34,595 nucleotides of DNA from Octopus sinensis (GCF_006345805.1 NW_021831691.1:1-34595); one strand, 5' to 3'. Shown: positions 1 to 11,090, counted from the stretch's first letter. Program-made: numbers and translations. The notes: generated by a model from the sequence alone, not told the origin.

Positions 1-190
1 CATTAATAATATAAAATAATAATAATATAATAATAATAATAATAGATTAATAATGATAATAATAAATAATAATCTAATAATAATAGTAATAATAATAATA
101 ATAGTAATAATAATAATAATAATAGTATTAATAATATAATAATAGTATTAATAATAATAATAATAATAAGATAGTAATAATAATAATAAT
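1..190. repeat. (TAA)n microsatellite, imperfect
   Basis: Direct reading: a run of aat/taa units with occasional tag/tga. Confidence 0.95.
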
Positions 191-320
191 AACGTACACA
201 GATGCCCTCACATACACAGACTCACAAGCACGCTTGGACATTTCATTGATTGCAAACAACATACTATATATATGTATGTATGTGTGTTGTATATATATGT
301 ATGTATGTATGTATATATAC

Positions 321-361
<41 letters not shown>

Positions 362-669
362 TATAATATATATATTTATATATATAAAAATATATAAATA
401 TATATATATATATCTTTATATATATATTTATATATATTTGTGTGTGTGTGTATGCGTATGTATATACCAATATGTATGCACGTATATGTATAATGTGCGT
501 GTATAAATATATATGTGTGTGTGTGTATTATGTGTTGGAGCGTCTTTCTGTGTATGAGCGTGTTGTTGTTTTTTATATCATGCTGTATTTGATGTTTCAT
601 CAATTTCTTTCAGGAATAAGTTATGGCATTGTTGCTAATACTGTTTTATATTGTTGTTGTTATTGGTGT

Positions 670-721
<52 letters not shown>

Positions 722-1596
722 CGTTTTTCTAAACTAGGTCGTCCTTGATCGCACAGATTTATGATCAAAAGCAACTTTACGTTGTTTGTGTTGACGGCAG
801 AGGTTGAGTTTTTTTTTAAGTATTTATTGTTTTTTTTTCGCTATTGTTGTTGTGTTGCTTCATTTCCTTTACCTTTTTTCTTTCTTTCTTTCTTTTCTTC
901 CTTTCTTTGTTTTTTTGTGTGTGTTTCTTTTTTCTTCTTCCACATTATGTACGTTAGCCTATACCTAACAGTTCGTTCTTCATGCAGAAATTTTTTGGAG
1001 ATCGTATGTTTAAACTATCTAATCAGTGCATAATTTTTCACGCAAAATCTCTAAAAATCATATCCTTTCAGCTGTTCTTATGAGCTTTTAGTTTATATTT
1101 GTTCAGGCAACGAGCTGGTTGGTTGGTTAGATCGTCGGCATTTTTTACAACATTTTCCATTCTAAGACCAAATCTCGCCCTGGTCGACCGCCTTTTCATC
1201 CTTCTGGGGCAGCTTATTAGTAGAATTGGTAGAGCGCCAACAAAAAATTCTTGCAGTTTTATACCGATTTTTTACATTCTGATTTCAAATCTCGCCGTTA
1301 AAAGTATATATATACACAGGTTGATATATAAAACAAATTACGATATAAGTAAAGAAACACGCTTGTTTTGTAAGAAGCGTCGAAATGCATTGAAATATGG
1401 CAGATATGGAGATAATTTATTCTTAAACGCAGAATAAGGCTGAACAACACGAATAGGATAAATAACCCTTATACTGAAGGAAAATCTGTCATATGTATGT
1501 GTGTGTGTCTCATGGCTGGCCGCTGACAGATTTTTCTGCAATATAAGGATTATTTATCTTAAATAAATTATTTCCATAACTGTACACACACACACA

Positions 1597-1841
1597 CCAG
1601 AGTAAACACATAAATATGAAGCAAGGTGGCAAAAGAATAGTACTCGAATACCGGAGGTAGAGTAATGTGCTTTATTATTAAAGCTGCAAAGACATCGCAA
1701 AAACTTTGACTCAGAGTTTCCCATTCCCGTTAGATATGACTATGCATATGTGCATACAAAACCAAAACTCTCCGACGAACGGGAACATGAAAACTCTGAG
1801 CAACCGTTTTTGTGATGTCTTTGTAGTTTTATTAATAAAGT
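1597..1841 (-). mobile_element. Penelope-like pseudo-LTR end, inverted (hairpin) configuration, copy A
   Basis: Imperfect inverted arms at 1670-1731 and 1778-1840. A ~72-nt tail (1597-1669) is present on one arm only and is homologous to 4465-4536. Hammerhead-like motif CCGACGA..GAAA at 1772-1802, AATAAA at the arm ends, flanked by (CA)n and (TA)n. Confidence 0.6.
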
Positions 1842-2242
1842 ATATATATATATTCTTTAAGAATATATGTGTGTGTATGTGTGTGTACATTAGCACATCC
1901 AGCCGAACTTAGATGTATTGTCTATAGCACTGCAGACTGCGGTGTAGACAACAAATGCAAAGAAGCATCGAAATTATATCGATTGTCGAAATTTCGTCAG
2001 CAGTGGCGGAACGAATATTAATTAATACATCCAAGTTAGACTGGATGTGCTAATTAATATTCGCTACAAAGATTGCTTCTGACGCTAATAGCTAATTTAT
2101 ACACTGCCTTCCAGATTTTTGCGACATAATTGTTTCCCTGGTTTTTCGTCTGGTAGTCAGTGTTTATCTAGCTGTCACTGATGAATCGCAAAAAGGGTGA
2201 AATTACGTGATGCAGTATTGTCTCCGCTGGTTCTAACGAAAT

Positions 2243-2395
2243 AGGAGACGCGTGACTAACAGGTTAAGGCGTTGCACTCAGCCAGCGAGGAATGGGGTGG
2301 TATCATTGGAAAGGTAAAGCGATGCAAAGCGCATTGTAACCAGCGTTGTATAATTATATCCGAGAGTCTGAGCGACCACGTGATCAGGTGATATC
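2243..2395 (+). mobile_element. tRNA-derived SINE, internally deleted and degenerate
   Basis: Head ggagacgcgtgactaacaggttaaggcgttgcactca resembles the A-box heads at 8138 and 9023. Confidence 0.5.
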
Positions 2396-2408
2396 CTTTT
2401 ATCTTTTT

Positions 2409-2748
2409 GTTCTTTTATTCTTTTACTTGTTTCAGTCATTTGAGTGCGGCCATACTGGATCGCAGCCTTGAAGCGTTTTATTCGAACTAATCAACAACAG
2501 GACATATTTTTTAAAACCTAGTACTTATTCTATCGATCTTTTTGCCGAACCGCTAAATTATATGGACAAAAACACACTAATACCGACTGTCATACGGTAC
2601 TGGGGGAGGAGGAAAAAACACAGACACAATGACACACACACACATACCCAAGGCTTTAGTGGAAAATACTTCCCAAGGTGCCACGCAGTGAGAGTGAACC
2701 TGGAAGCATGTGATTGGAAAGCAAGCGTCTTACCACGTAGCCATGCCT
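2409..2748 (-). mobile_element. tRNA-derived SINE family A (octopus OK/OR-type)
   Basis: Minus-strand head aggcatggctacgtggtaagacgcttgc..gcgtggcaccttggg and 3' part ..cagtatggccgcactcaaatgactgaaacaagtaaaagaat. Colinear with 26331-26721. Confidence 0.85.
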
Positions 2749-2751
2749 CCA

Positions 2752-2794
<43 letters not shown>

Positions 2795-3765
2795 TATATA
2801 TATTTAACATTACGTTATGTGTGTGTGTGTAAATGGGCCACACAGTTTTGTGGTTCAATTAACAAGAAATTTATCAATTCAAGATTTAGGTAGAAAACGC
2901 TCACCTCTACAGTGCCGCCGAAAATTATGCGATCGAACCTGCAACCACATATTCGAGAGAGCATCCTTTATAACCGCACTCCTAGAACCGATTTTTCTTC
3001 TTCCGCTCCATTCTTTTTTTAGTTTTGCTTGTTAATGTCTACTGTCAAATCAACACCATAATTTTGGCAAACGCCATTATTCAAGATGGACGCCGCTTTC
3101 AACGATCCTCGTTATAACAAATAGCCTTTCACTCGTCTCCTCATTTAGCTAATTAGCCTAAGAGTGTGCTCCATAAAAAGTCATTACAGACAATATAACT
3201 AATCAACAAAGAGATATAATATAGCTTTAACTTTTCAAGACCTTTCACCTCTTCTAGTTTTATCAGAGCGCAGAAGAGACGCTATCAGAGGAGAACACGA
3301 ATTAAGTTAGTTTATATGGCTAATGTTGCTAATATAATAACTAAAGACCGAAGATTCCAGAACAACAGCAACAACAACAAAAAAAAACAGTTTTGCTTAC
3401 GCATTTCGATTCTACAGAGATACGAAGCCAACACACTTAAATGAATGTTCAGGCAATCCGAAACTCGTTTATACAGGCATATATATAAACATAGACATAC
3501 ATACATACACACACACACTTATATATATATATATATATATATATATGAACGAACGAAGATACACATCGCAAACAGACGTATGTAAGGACAGATAATATAA
3601 AGATGTAATGATAAGCAAGTTTTTTGTATGTGAAAAAATATCTGGAAAGAGAGAAAAATAAATAGAAAATAGATAATAGATCGTATGTAGACTGGTAATT
3701 TGAGAGAGATGGGGGGAGAGAAACAGATACATATATGCATACATATTGATATATCGATAGATAGA

Positions 3766-3904
<139 letters not shown>

Positions 3905-3919
3905 CATATTTTATTATGT

Positions 3920-4327
3920 TCACAACGCTCTGATATCCAAGTTGCTGATTAATGAAACTATATTCTTGATTCTTCTTAGGTGCCTGGTCGCTTTAATAGA
4001 CACATCAGGGCGTCTGTCATTAACTCGGGTTTATTACTGGTATTGTGGTTATAAAGGCTGAGCATAACAATTTAGAAATATCTCGATTTTTAGGAGTGAC
4101 CGGGTCTTTCGTCTGCAAAGTTTGTAGGAAGCTAAACACTGAAGGTGGAAACATATCATTAGTATCAAGGCATATAAAATATTCTAAACCCTTTGACATC
4201 ATCCGAACAACAATCCCAGAAAGTCCATGAGGTCAATTTTTTGATAAATAAAGTTATTATCTGTTATTATATATCTGCGTTTACTTTTAAACATAAAACT
4301 GTCCTCAAATATCTTACGCACCCTGTA
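3920..4327 (+). mobile_element. Tc1/mariner-superfamily transposon relic, internally deleted
   Basis: ORF 4045-4230 (VIKAEHNNLEISRFLGVTGSFVCKV, then NNPRKSMRS after a frameshift) resembles a Tc1/mariner N-terminal HTH region. The right end reads ...cttacgcaccctg-TA, i.e. a TA-CAGGGTG type terminus. Confidence 0.55.
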
Positions 4328-4340
4328 AATATATATATAT

Positions 4341-4536
4341 ACTTTATTTAAAAGCAGCAGAAATATAACAAAAGCTGTTACTCAGAGTTTCACGTTCCCG
4401 TTCGTCGGTAACGTGAAACTCAGAGTAACAGCTTTTGTTATATTTCTGCTGCATTTAAATAAAGCCTATTACTCTACCTCTGGTATTTGAGTACTCTTTT
4501 TTCCACCTTGTTTCACATTTATGTGCTTGATCTGGT
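4341..4536 (+). mobile_element. Penelope-like pseudo-LTR end, inverted (hairpin) configuration, copy B
   Basis: 55-bp inverted arms at 4342-4396 and 4410-4464 with 2 mismatches and a 13-nt loop. The tail 4465-4536 is on one arm only. Hammerhead-like core on the minus strand at 4408-4379, flanked by (TA)n on both sides. Confidence 0.65.
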
Positions 4537-4580
4537 ATATATATATTTACAGAGAGAGGAGAGAGAGAGAGAGAGGAATA

Positions 4581-4731
4581 CAACGGGCTTCTTTTTGTTT
4601 CCGTCTGCCAAATCCACTTACAACGATTTGACTGACATGTGGCTATAATAGAAGACGTTTGCCCAATGTGCTACGCTGTGGAACCGAACCACCATGAAGA
4701 TGGAAACGCAAACTTCTTGCCACACAGCTAC
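4581..4731 (-). mobile_element. SINE family A, 5' fragment
   Basis: gggcttctt..gtttccgtctgccaaatccac..tataatagaagac..tgcccaa..cttgccacacagc matches the head region of 26331-26721. Confidence 0.75.
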
Positions 4732-5158
4732 GCAAATTTCAGAAAAGCGAGTAGTAAGACATTCTAGGCAGCATTCAAAGAACCGCTAACCATCAATCCA
4801 AGAAAAGTCGAAGAATAATCAAATGAGAGAACTGTCATGGTCGTTTTACGTCAGTTGCGAGGAGATTTCAAGTTCAATAGAAAACTGGAAATCCGATAAA
4901 ACCTTGAGCAATATTCAGGTGACGATGAGAACAAAATTTATTCTCAAGAATTAGATAGAAGTGTTAAATTCTGAGCAGAAATCTTGTGGCAAAAAAAGAA
5001 TACCGTTAGCTTAAAAATTAAATGACAGATGTCAAAACATGCGAAACTTCTACGCAGAAACGAAAGCCTCTTGGAATTAACAAGATATTTTGTAAGAGGA
5101 AGACTAAAACAGGAGGCAGTGTCAAAACCTCACAGCACATCGGTGCTGAAAAAGAAGA

Positions 5159-5197
5159 CAGATAGATAGACAGAGAGATAGACAGATAGATGGATAG

Positions 5198-5281
<84 letters not shown>
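5159..5281. repeat. (GATA)n/(GACA)n microsatellite
   Basis: Direct reading. Confidence 0.95.
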
Positions 5282-5282
<1 letters not shown>

Positions 5283-5522
5283 CAAACACACTCACACATA
5301 TACGTATATGTATGAGTAGATACATAGATATCCACATACACATTTATATACTTGCATATATATATATATATATATACATATATGCGTATGGCCATGTGTG
5401 TGTGTTTGTGTTCAAATACATGAATATATACACATACATATAATAGCACATATAGCTATTCATCGGCACACACTCATATATAAATACATTTATATAAACA
5501 TATGTATGTACGTACTCATATA

Positions 5523-5555
<33 letters not shown>

Positions 5556-5848
5556 ATGTGTGTGTGTGTGAGTGTTTGTGTGTGTGTATATATATGTGTG
5601 TATATATATGTGTATATATATGTGTGTGTGTATATATATATATATATAATATATTTGTACGTATGTATATTTACATACTTACACGCTCATACACATAAAC
5701 ATATATAGATTTATACAAACATTTAAACACATACCTACATACATACATAAAATGCATAGATGTCTATTTTATATATCCCTATCTCATTAATTCCAATATG
5801 TCTCCGCTAATCTTCTTCTAATCTTCTAATCCGGAATATTGTCAACAG

Positions 5849-5929
5849 ACTGCGATGATATATTAGCGACCAAGGCGATCCTACTTAATCACCGTATATC
5901 AGCAGCCACAAAATCCAATTGGAAACAAC
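5849..5929 (+). CDS. Candidate internal coding exon (xCDDILATKAILLNHRISAATKSNWKQ), product unknown
   Basis: CTAAT branch-like motifs upstream, ttgtcaacAG acceptor and AAC|GTAAGC donor. It is 81 nt (phase 1-1), with one open frame and stops in the other two. No homolog recognised. Confidence 0.35.
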
Positions 5930-6214
5930 GTAAGCACTTTGCGGTTTGTCTCGCTAAACTTTAGACAGATAAATAACGGTTTTTTCGCTTTCACAGCCTC
6001 TGTTATGAGGCATCTTAATTTTGATAGATTTGTTTATAGAGTCGATTTTGGTTATTATTTATTTATTATTATTATTATTACTATTATTATTATTTATTTT
6101 TGCTTTTGGCTTTTATTTTCAATTTGTGCGTTATTGTGATGAGGCGGAATAGCGCCAATAATATTTCCAAACATTTGCAGGGCATCGGAAGATTTTTGAG
6201 ACATATTTTGAATA

Positions 6215-6430
6215 ATATTGGTTTCAAATTCTGGAAAATGAACAACACTTCTAGAGGAAGAATGAGTCGATTACATCGGCCCCAGTATTTAACTGGTACT
6301 TATTTTATCGACTCTGAAACAATAGAAGGTAAAGTCGACCGAGGCAAAATTTGAACTCGGAATCTAGAGGTTACGTGAAGCGAAGTAGTTCTGCATTTTG
6401 CCGGCGCATTAACGATTCCGCCAGCTCACC
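6215..6430 (-). mobile_element. tRNA-derived SINE family B
   Basis: Minus-strand head ggtgagctggcggaatcgttaatgcgccggcaaaatgc, B-box-like gagttcaaatt, and body with gtcgac..gataaaataagtaccag. Confidence 0.8.
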
Positions 6431-8137
6431 GGATTAGTGTGAATAATATTGATATCCACTGATATTTGCACCTTACACGAATTATTGCAACCATAAAGAG
6501 TCCGCTATTTAGGAGACGCCCACTATATGCATGTGTATGTCTGTATGTGTGTGTATGTGTGTGTGCGTATGTGTGTGTGTGCGTATGTGTGTGTGCAGAT
6601 AGATTGATAAATAGATAGATTAACAGACAGACAGACACATAGATAAGTGGAGAGAGAGAGAGAAAGATAGAGATAGATAGAGAGAGACAGAGAGAGAGGG
6701 AGAGGAAATTATAAAGTTACGAAGTTATAAGATGTCCTACTGCAACGGGACTGCGGGTGTGAAACGGCTACAAGGTGATGCAGGTGAAAACATACCACCT
6801 GATCTTTTGTATCATAACTAGGAATAATAAATACACACACATACACACACACATATATTATATATATACAATATATATGCATATATATATGTGTATGTGA
6901 TATGTATATATATATATATATATATATAATACATATATATAATACAACGTAAATATATCTATCTATTTATATACACAACACATATACATATATTATATCT
7001 ATAAATATATACGTGTATATCTTTACACACATAATAGATAAGCACATTATTACGACATACAAAAATATATTTATATTATACATGTATATATATATATATA
7101 TATAATATATATTATTATATATATATATTATATTATATATATATATATAGGTGTGTATTAGCATATACATACAGCATAGTATATGCAAATGTATTGGTAT
7201 GTTGTCCGATAATTGTGGCTAATGAAATTAAAGTAAAGAATGGATACGTACTTCGTATATAAAGTCACCATGCAGTTACACATATGTATATGAATATACA
7301 TTTATGCACGCATAACTACACACACACACATACATGTATATATATATATATATTATATAATATATATATTATATATATATTACAGGGAGAAAAAAGGTGC
7401 GCGGGCGAGCGTCTGGTTTTACGCGTGCAGACTTACATGAGGATATAATTGTATATGGTTGAGTATGAGTGAACCTGTGCGTGGCACAATGCGTGGGTTA
7501 CTATAAGAAACACGTGAGCGATATATATAACGCTGAGAGTCTTTCTGTACGAATGGTTATCTCTATGTAATGGTGCACCATGTGTATAATAAAATAATAA
7601 AAGCGATGTGTAAGACTAATGAGAATGGAAGGCAACATTTGAGTAAGCAAACTTGACACGATGTTTTTAAGTGCAGTATTAATTGGTTTATCGGTCAAAA
7701 CCGGATAATATAATCTATGAAAACAGGCGCCAATTTATGATAATCTTCAGGCGAGAAACGCCGAAGATTTTTCTATTTATTTTCCGCGTAGACTTTGATT
7801 AATATTAATGTTGATGTTGTTGTTATTGAGCCTTAGGCCAAGCAAGTAATCGTAATATGAAAAAAAAAATGCCGGCCATTATCCTGGAATATTGGAATAG
7901 TGGGGGGGGGCAAAACTAAATTATATCACGTGACATTGCTTTGGCTGAGGTGATACGTTGTTATTTGAGGGAGGGTGATAGGGCTGTTGCTTCTAGCTGA
8001 GAGAGATACTGCGTAGATCATGCGTATTTTGGTTCATTATACAACGTATATGTGCTGTGTATGCATGTATGTATCTATCTAGATATGTGTGTATGCATAT
8101 ATGTACGTATCTTTTCATCTAGATGTGTGTGTGTGTG

Positions 8138-8452
8138 AAGGTACATGGCTCAGTGGTTAAAGCGTCAAGCTCACAATCAAAAGGTAGTGAGTTTGATTCC
8201 TCGACTGGGCTGTGTGTTGTGTTCTTGATCAAGACACTTTATTTCACGTTGCTCCAGTTCACTCAGCTGTAGAAATAAGTTGCGACGTCACTGGTGCCCA
8301 GCTGTATCGGCCCCTTTGCCTTTCCCTTGAATAATATCGGTGCGTTGGGGAGGGGTAGCTGGTATGCATGGGCGACAGTTAGCCTTCCGTAAACAATACT
8401 ACCCGGACTTGTGCCGTGGAGGAGAACTTTCTAGGTGCAATCCCAAAGGGTC
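8138..8452 (+). mobile_element. tRNA-derived CORE-type SINE (family C)
   Basis: A box tggctcagtggtta and B-box-like gtttgattcc. These are followed by tgtgttcttgatcaagacactt..ccagttcactcagctgtagaaat, which resembles the CORE domain of MIR-type SINEs. Confidence 0.75.
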
Positions 8453-8463
8453 TAATATATACA

Positions 8464-8504
<41 letters not shown>

Positions 8505-8929
8505 TAGGTATCAGTTAGAGGGTTTTGATACTTCTAAGGGATAATTAAATCCAGAGTTGCTCCTGGTTGTTACCTGGGTAGGTACAGTCTTTTGTAAGAT
8601 TGTACTGTAGTAGGTGGTTCGGTTGGTAAACCGAAGGTTAGGTTATATAGGAGAAGAAAATGGATATAACATTCGGAAGTTCGTGGTTTTCGCTGGTATG
8701 TCTTTAATTGATTAGATAACAAAGAAGGAAGAAGCAAAGATGAAGGTAGCATTTAAGATCGTTTCAATTTACTGGTTTAAGTAAATCTCTTCAGAATGCC
8801 AATATAGATAGATGCATCGATTTGGATGCGAAAATAATTTATACATATGTGATTGTAGTGTAAACAAAAGTCTGAAGCATCCTGAAATGATAAGGTTTCG
8901 TTTTTGCTTTGTTTTGGTTCTTTTTCTTT

Positions 8930-9023
8930 TTCAGGAACACAACGCACCGCCCAGTCCACGAATCGAAACCGCGATCATGCTACCATGAGTACAATACCGT
9001 AACCACCAGGCCATGCTCCCTCA
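8930..9023 (-). mobile_element. CORE-type SINE head fragment
   Basis: Minus strand gggagcatggcctggtggttacgg..ggtttcgattcgtggactgggcggtgcgttgtgttcctga, related to 8138-8240. Confidence 0.7.
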
Positions 9024-9027
9024 CTTG

Positions 9028-10050
9028 GTACTTATTTAAGGTGAAAATAAATATAAAAGTTATTCTTGAGTAAAAACAGATATCACTTATTCTTTGGCTT
9101 TAAAAGTCTTTATTGGAGTCCACTCTGTTTTGCAAGCACTCAAGCCAGGCCTCTCGTCTGAGCATAACTTATTTCCTTCTACCCACTATTCTCAGGGGTC
9201 CTGTAAAAGGTCGTAGAAACTGGCTTCTCTCTTGACTATAATACAAAAGAACCTTACATTCTAATGGCAGACTATATTTCTTGCAGACTCTAGTGAATTC
9301 TTTTTGCTGACTGCGTCATAACTCTTGACGATGTTATCATTTCGTTGAATACTTTTCATTTGATTTCAACCTTAACATGATTTAATAAATCTACTTTCTT
9401 TCCTGCGTTTTGTTTCGTTTTTTCTCTTTTCTGAAATACATGAAACTCAATAACGCACTTAATCTAGCATTTGTTGCTAATACTCTTTCGTTGTAATTAA
9501 ATTGTGACCAATAATTCCCCAACGAATCTCGTAGTCCACGTACTTATTTCTTAACCTAATTTTACGTGAATTCTCAAATGTAATGTACGTATTTCTATAT
9601 GAATTATATTTAGACTGTCTAATTTCATTAGTAAAAACACATATAGATTTATAATATTTTTGTCAGCCTTTTGGGACCATCATACGTAAATATCATCTTA
9701 AAAAGTTATTTCTTTCTAACCTTTCTGCTTGCATCCGCCATTTCACACAAGATACGTTTGTCCTTTTTTTTTTGCTTTTATTTTTTCGTCTAACGTCACG
9801 TTAGTCTTACCTTAACATCATCTTACAAGACTAAAGCATTCCTGATTTTTTTTTCTTTTCTCTACTTTCACATTCATAATATAGTAATTTATTTTATACG
9901 TATAACTTTGGTTTTTTACGTGATCTTTTAACTCTTAAACGACGGGGGAAACTCGTAGGAAGGTGTGTGACAAACGAACAAAGAATAAGTGATATTTTTT
10001 TTTTTTACTAAAGTATAACTTTTATACATATTTTCACCTTAAATAAGTAC
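9028..10050. mobile_element. Non-autonomous DNA transposon with ~70-bp terminal inverted repeats
   Basis: Perfect 22-bp inverted repeat gtacttatttaaggtgaaaata at 9028-9049 and 10029-10050. It extends imperfectly to about 70 bp through tataaaagttat..agtaaaaa..atatcacttattctttg. No intact ORF inside. Confidence 0.75.
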
Positions 10051-10207
10051 AAAAGCTATGAAAATAATCTTTTAAATCTCTTAGATTATAAAAACAGACA
10101 GAAGAACAATAAAATCATTTGAGCATAAATCCATTTCAGATTCCTACATTTTTGTTATCAGACGAATGTAGAAATGAAGATAAATCGGTGCATTTTTTTA
10201 CATTCAG

Positions 10208-10284
10208 GGCTATATGAAGCATCACTTTCTTCTGTGCCGCTTGGAACATCGCCATCAGCGTTATCTAACTCATCTGACGATGAA
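10208..10284 (+). CDS. Candidate internal exon (xLYEASLSSVPLGTSPSALSNSSDDE), product unknown
   Basis: ttttttacattcAG acceptor and GAA|GTAAGT donor, 77 nt, open in this frame (phase 1-0). An alternative reading is a decayed acidic transposase N-terminus on the minus strand. Confidence 0.25.
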
Positions 10285-10590
10285 GTAAGTCAGAATAAAG
10301 TTCTTGTTCATGGTTGTATAAATATCCCATTTGCGATTTAATTTTCCACCCTCGATAAAAGCCGTTTAAGTTTAAGTTTCGATGGGGTGGACGCTTAGGC
10401 GGCGATGGATGATGGCCGTATCCAGGAAAAGCTTTTGAAATATCAATTGATGATGTCCACTGTTCTCTCATAAAGCATCAATTACCGACATCCTTTGTTT
10501 AGGGGTTCATACCATCTAGCCCTTATACCTCACCTTAATTTATAACTTGATTTAAGAATTACACTGTAATACATACATACATACATATAT

Positions 10591-10624
<34 letters not shown>

Positions 10625-10707
10625 GATGTATGTACATCCATGTATGTAATACACACACACGCACACATACACATCTATATATATATATAAGACGTGTTTG
10701 TATGTTC

Positions 10708-10765
<58 letters not shown>

Positions 10766-10904
10766 TAGTTGAGTGAATTATCCTAGTATGGATAATTCGG
10801 TTAACCGATACCCGGGTAGCAAATTTACGTCAGAAAACACGGTTGAAGCTACATGCCAAGGGCAGAAATCACGTGCTTTCGTGTGGAAATTTGTGTGTTT
10901 TTTT

Positions 10905-11090
10905 ACTATAAATAAATGAAAGAATGGAGTCGAACGACAATTTAACAAAATTCCTTTATTCTCGACATATGTTTCGAAGACTGCATATTCTCTCTCTCAG
11001 TCAATAGTAAATGCATTAAATAGGAACCAGTGAATCTAAGCAGCCGGCAGTTGGAAATGTCTATCAATAAATAATGATGGATGTGTCAAT
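10905..11090 (-). mobile_element. Probable Penelope-like 3' end / pseudo-LTR, second family
   Basis: Minus strand CTGAGAG..tcttcGAAA-CATATG-TC-gagAATAAA: a degenerate hammerhead with a palindromic stem III followed by a polyA signal. Confidence 0.45.

Noticed and set aside
128-732. ORFs rich in IY/HT/VC/poly-C, and a CAG/CAA polyQ-like tract at about 660-720 on the minus strand
   Set aside because: These are microsatellite translations. The Q frame is closed by TAG upstream and TAA a few codons downstream.
4740-5155. Purine-rich unique block with faint resemblance to an R4 pre-RT region
   Set aside because: I could not recover any diagnostic motif.
7439-7476. Minus-strand 38-nt exon-like segment (cacAG..CAT|GTAAGT)
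   Set aside because: It is short, open in all frames, has a weak pyrimidine tract and gives no recognisable peptide.
10265-10471. Minus-strand ORF containing IDISKAF, resembling an RT motif
   Set aside because: No other RT motifs follow in any frame. The neighbouring acidic stretch hints at a transposase N-terminus, but there is no TIR or catalytic motif.
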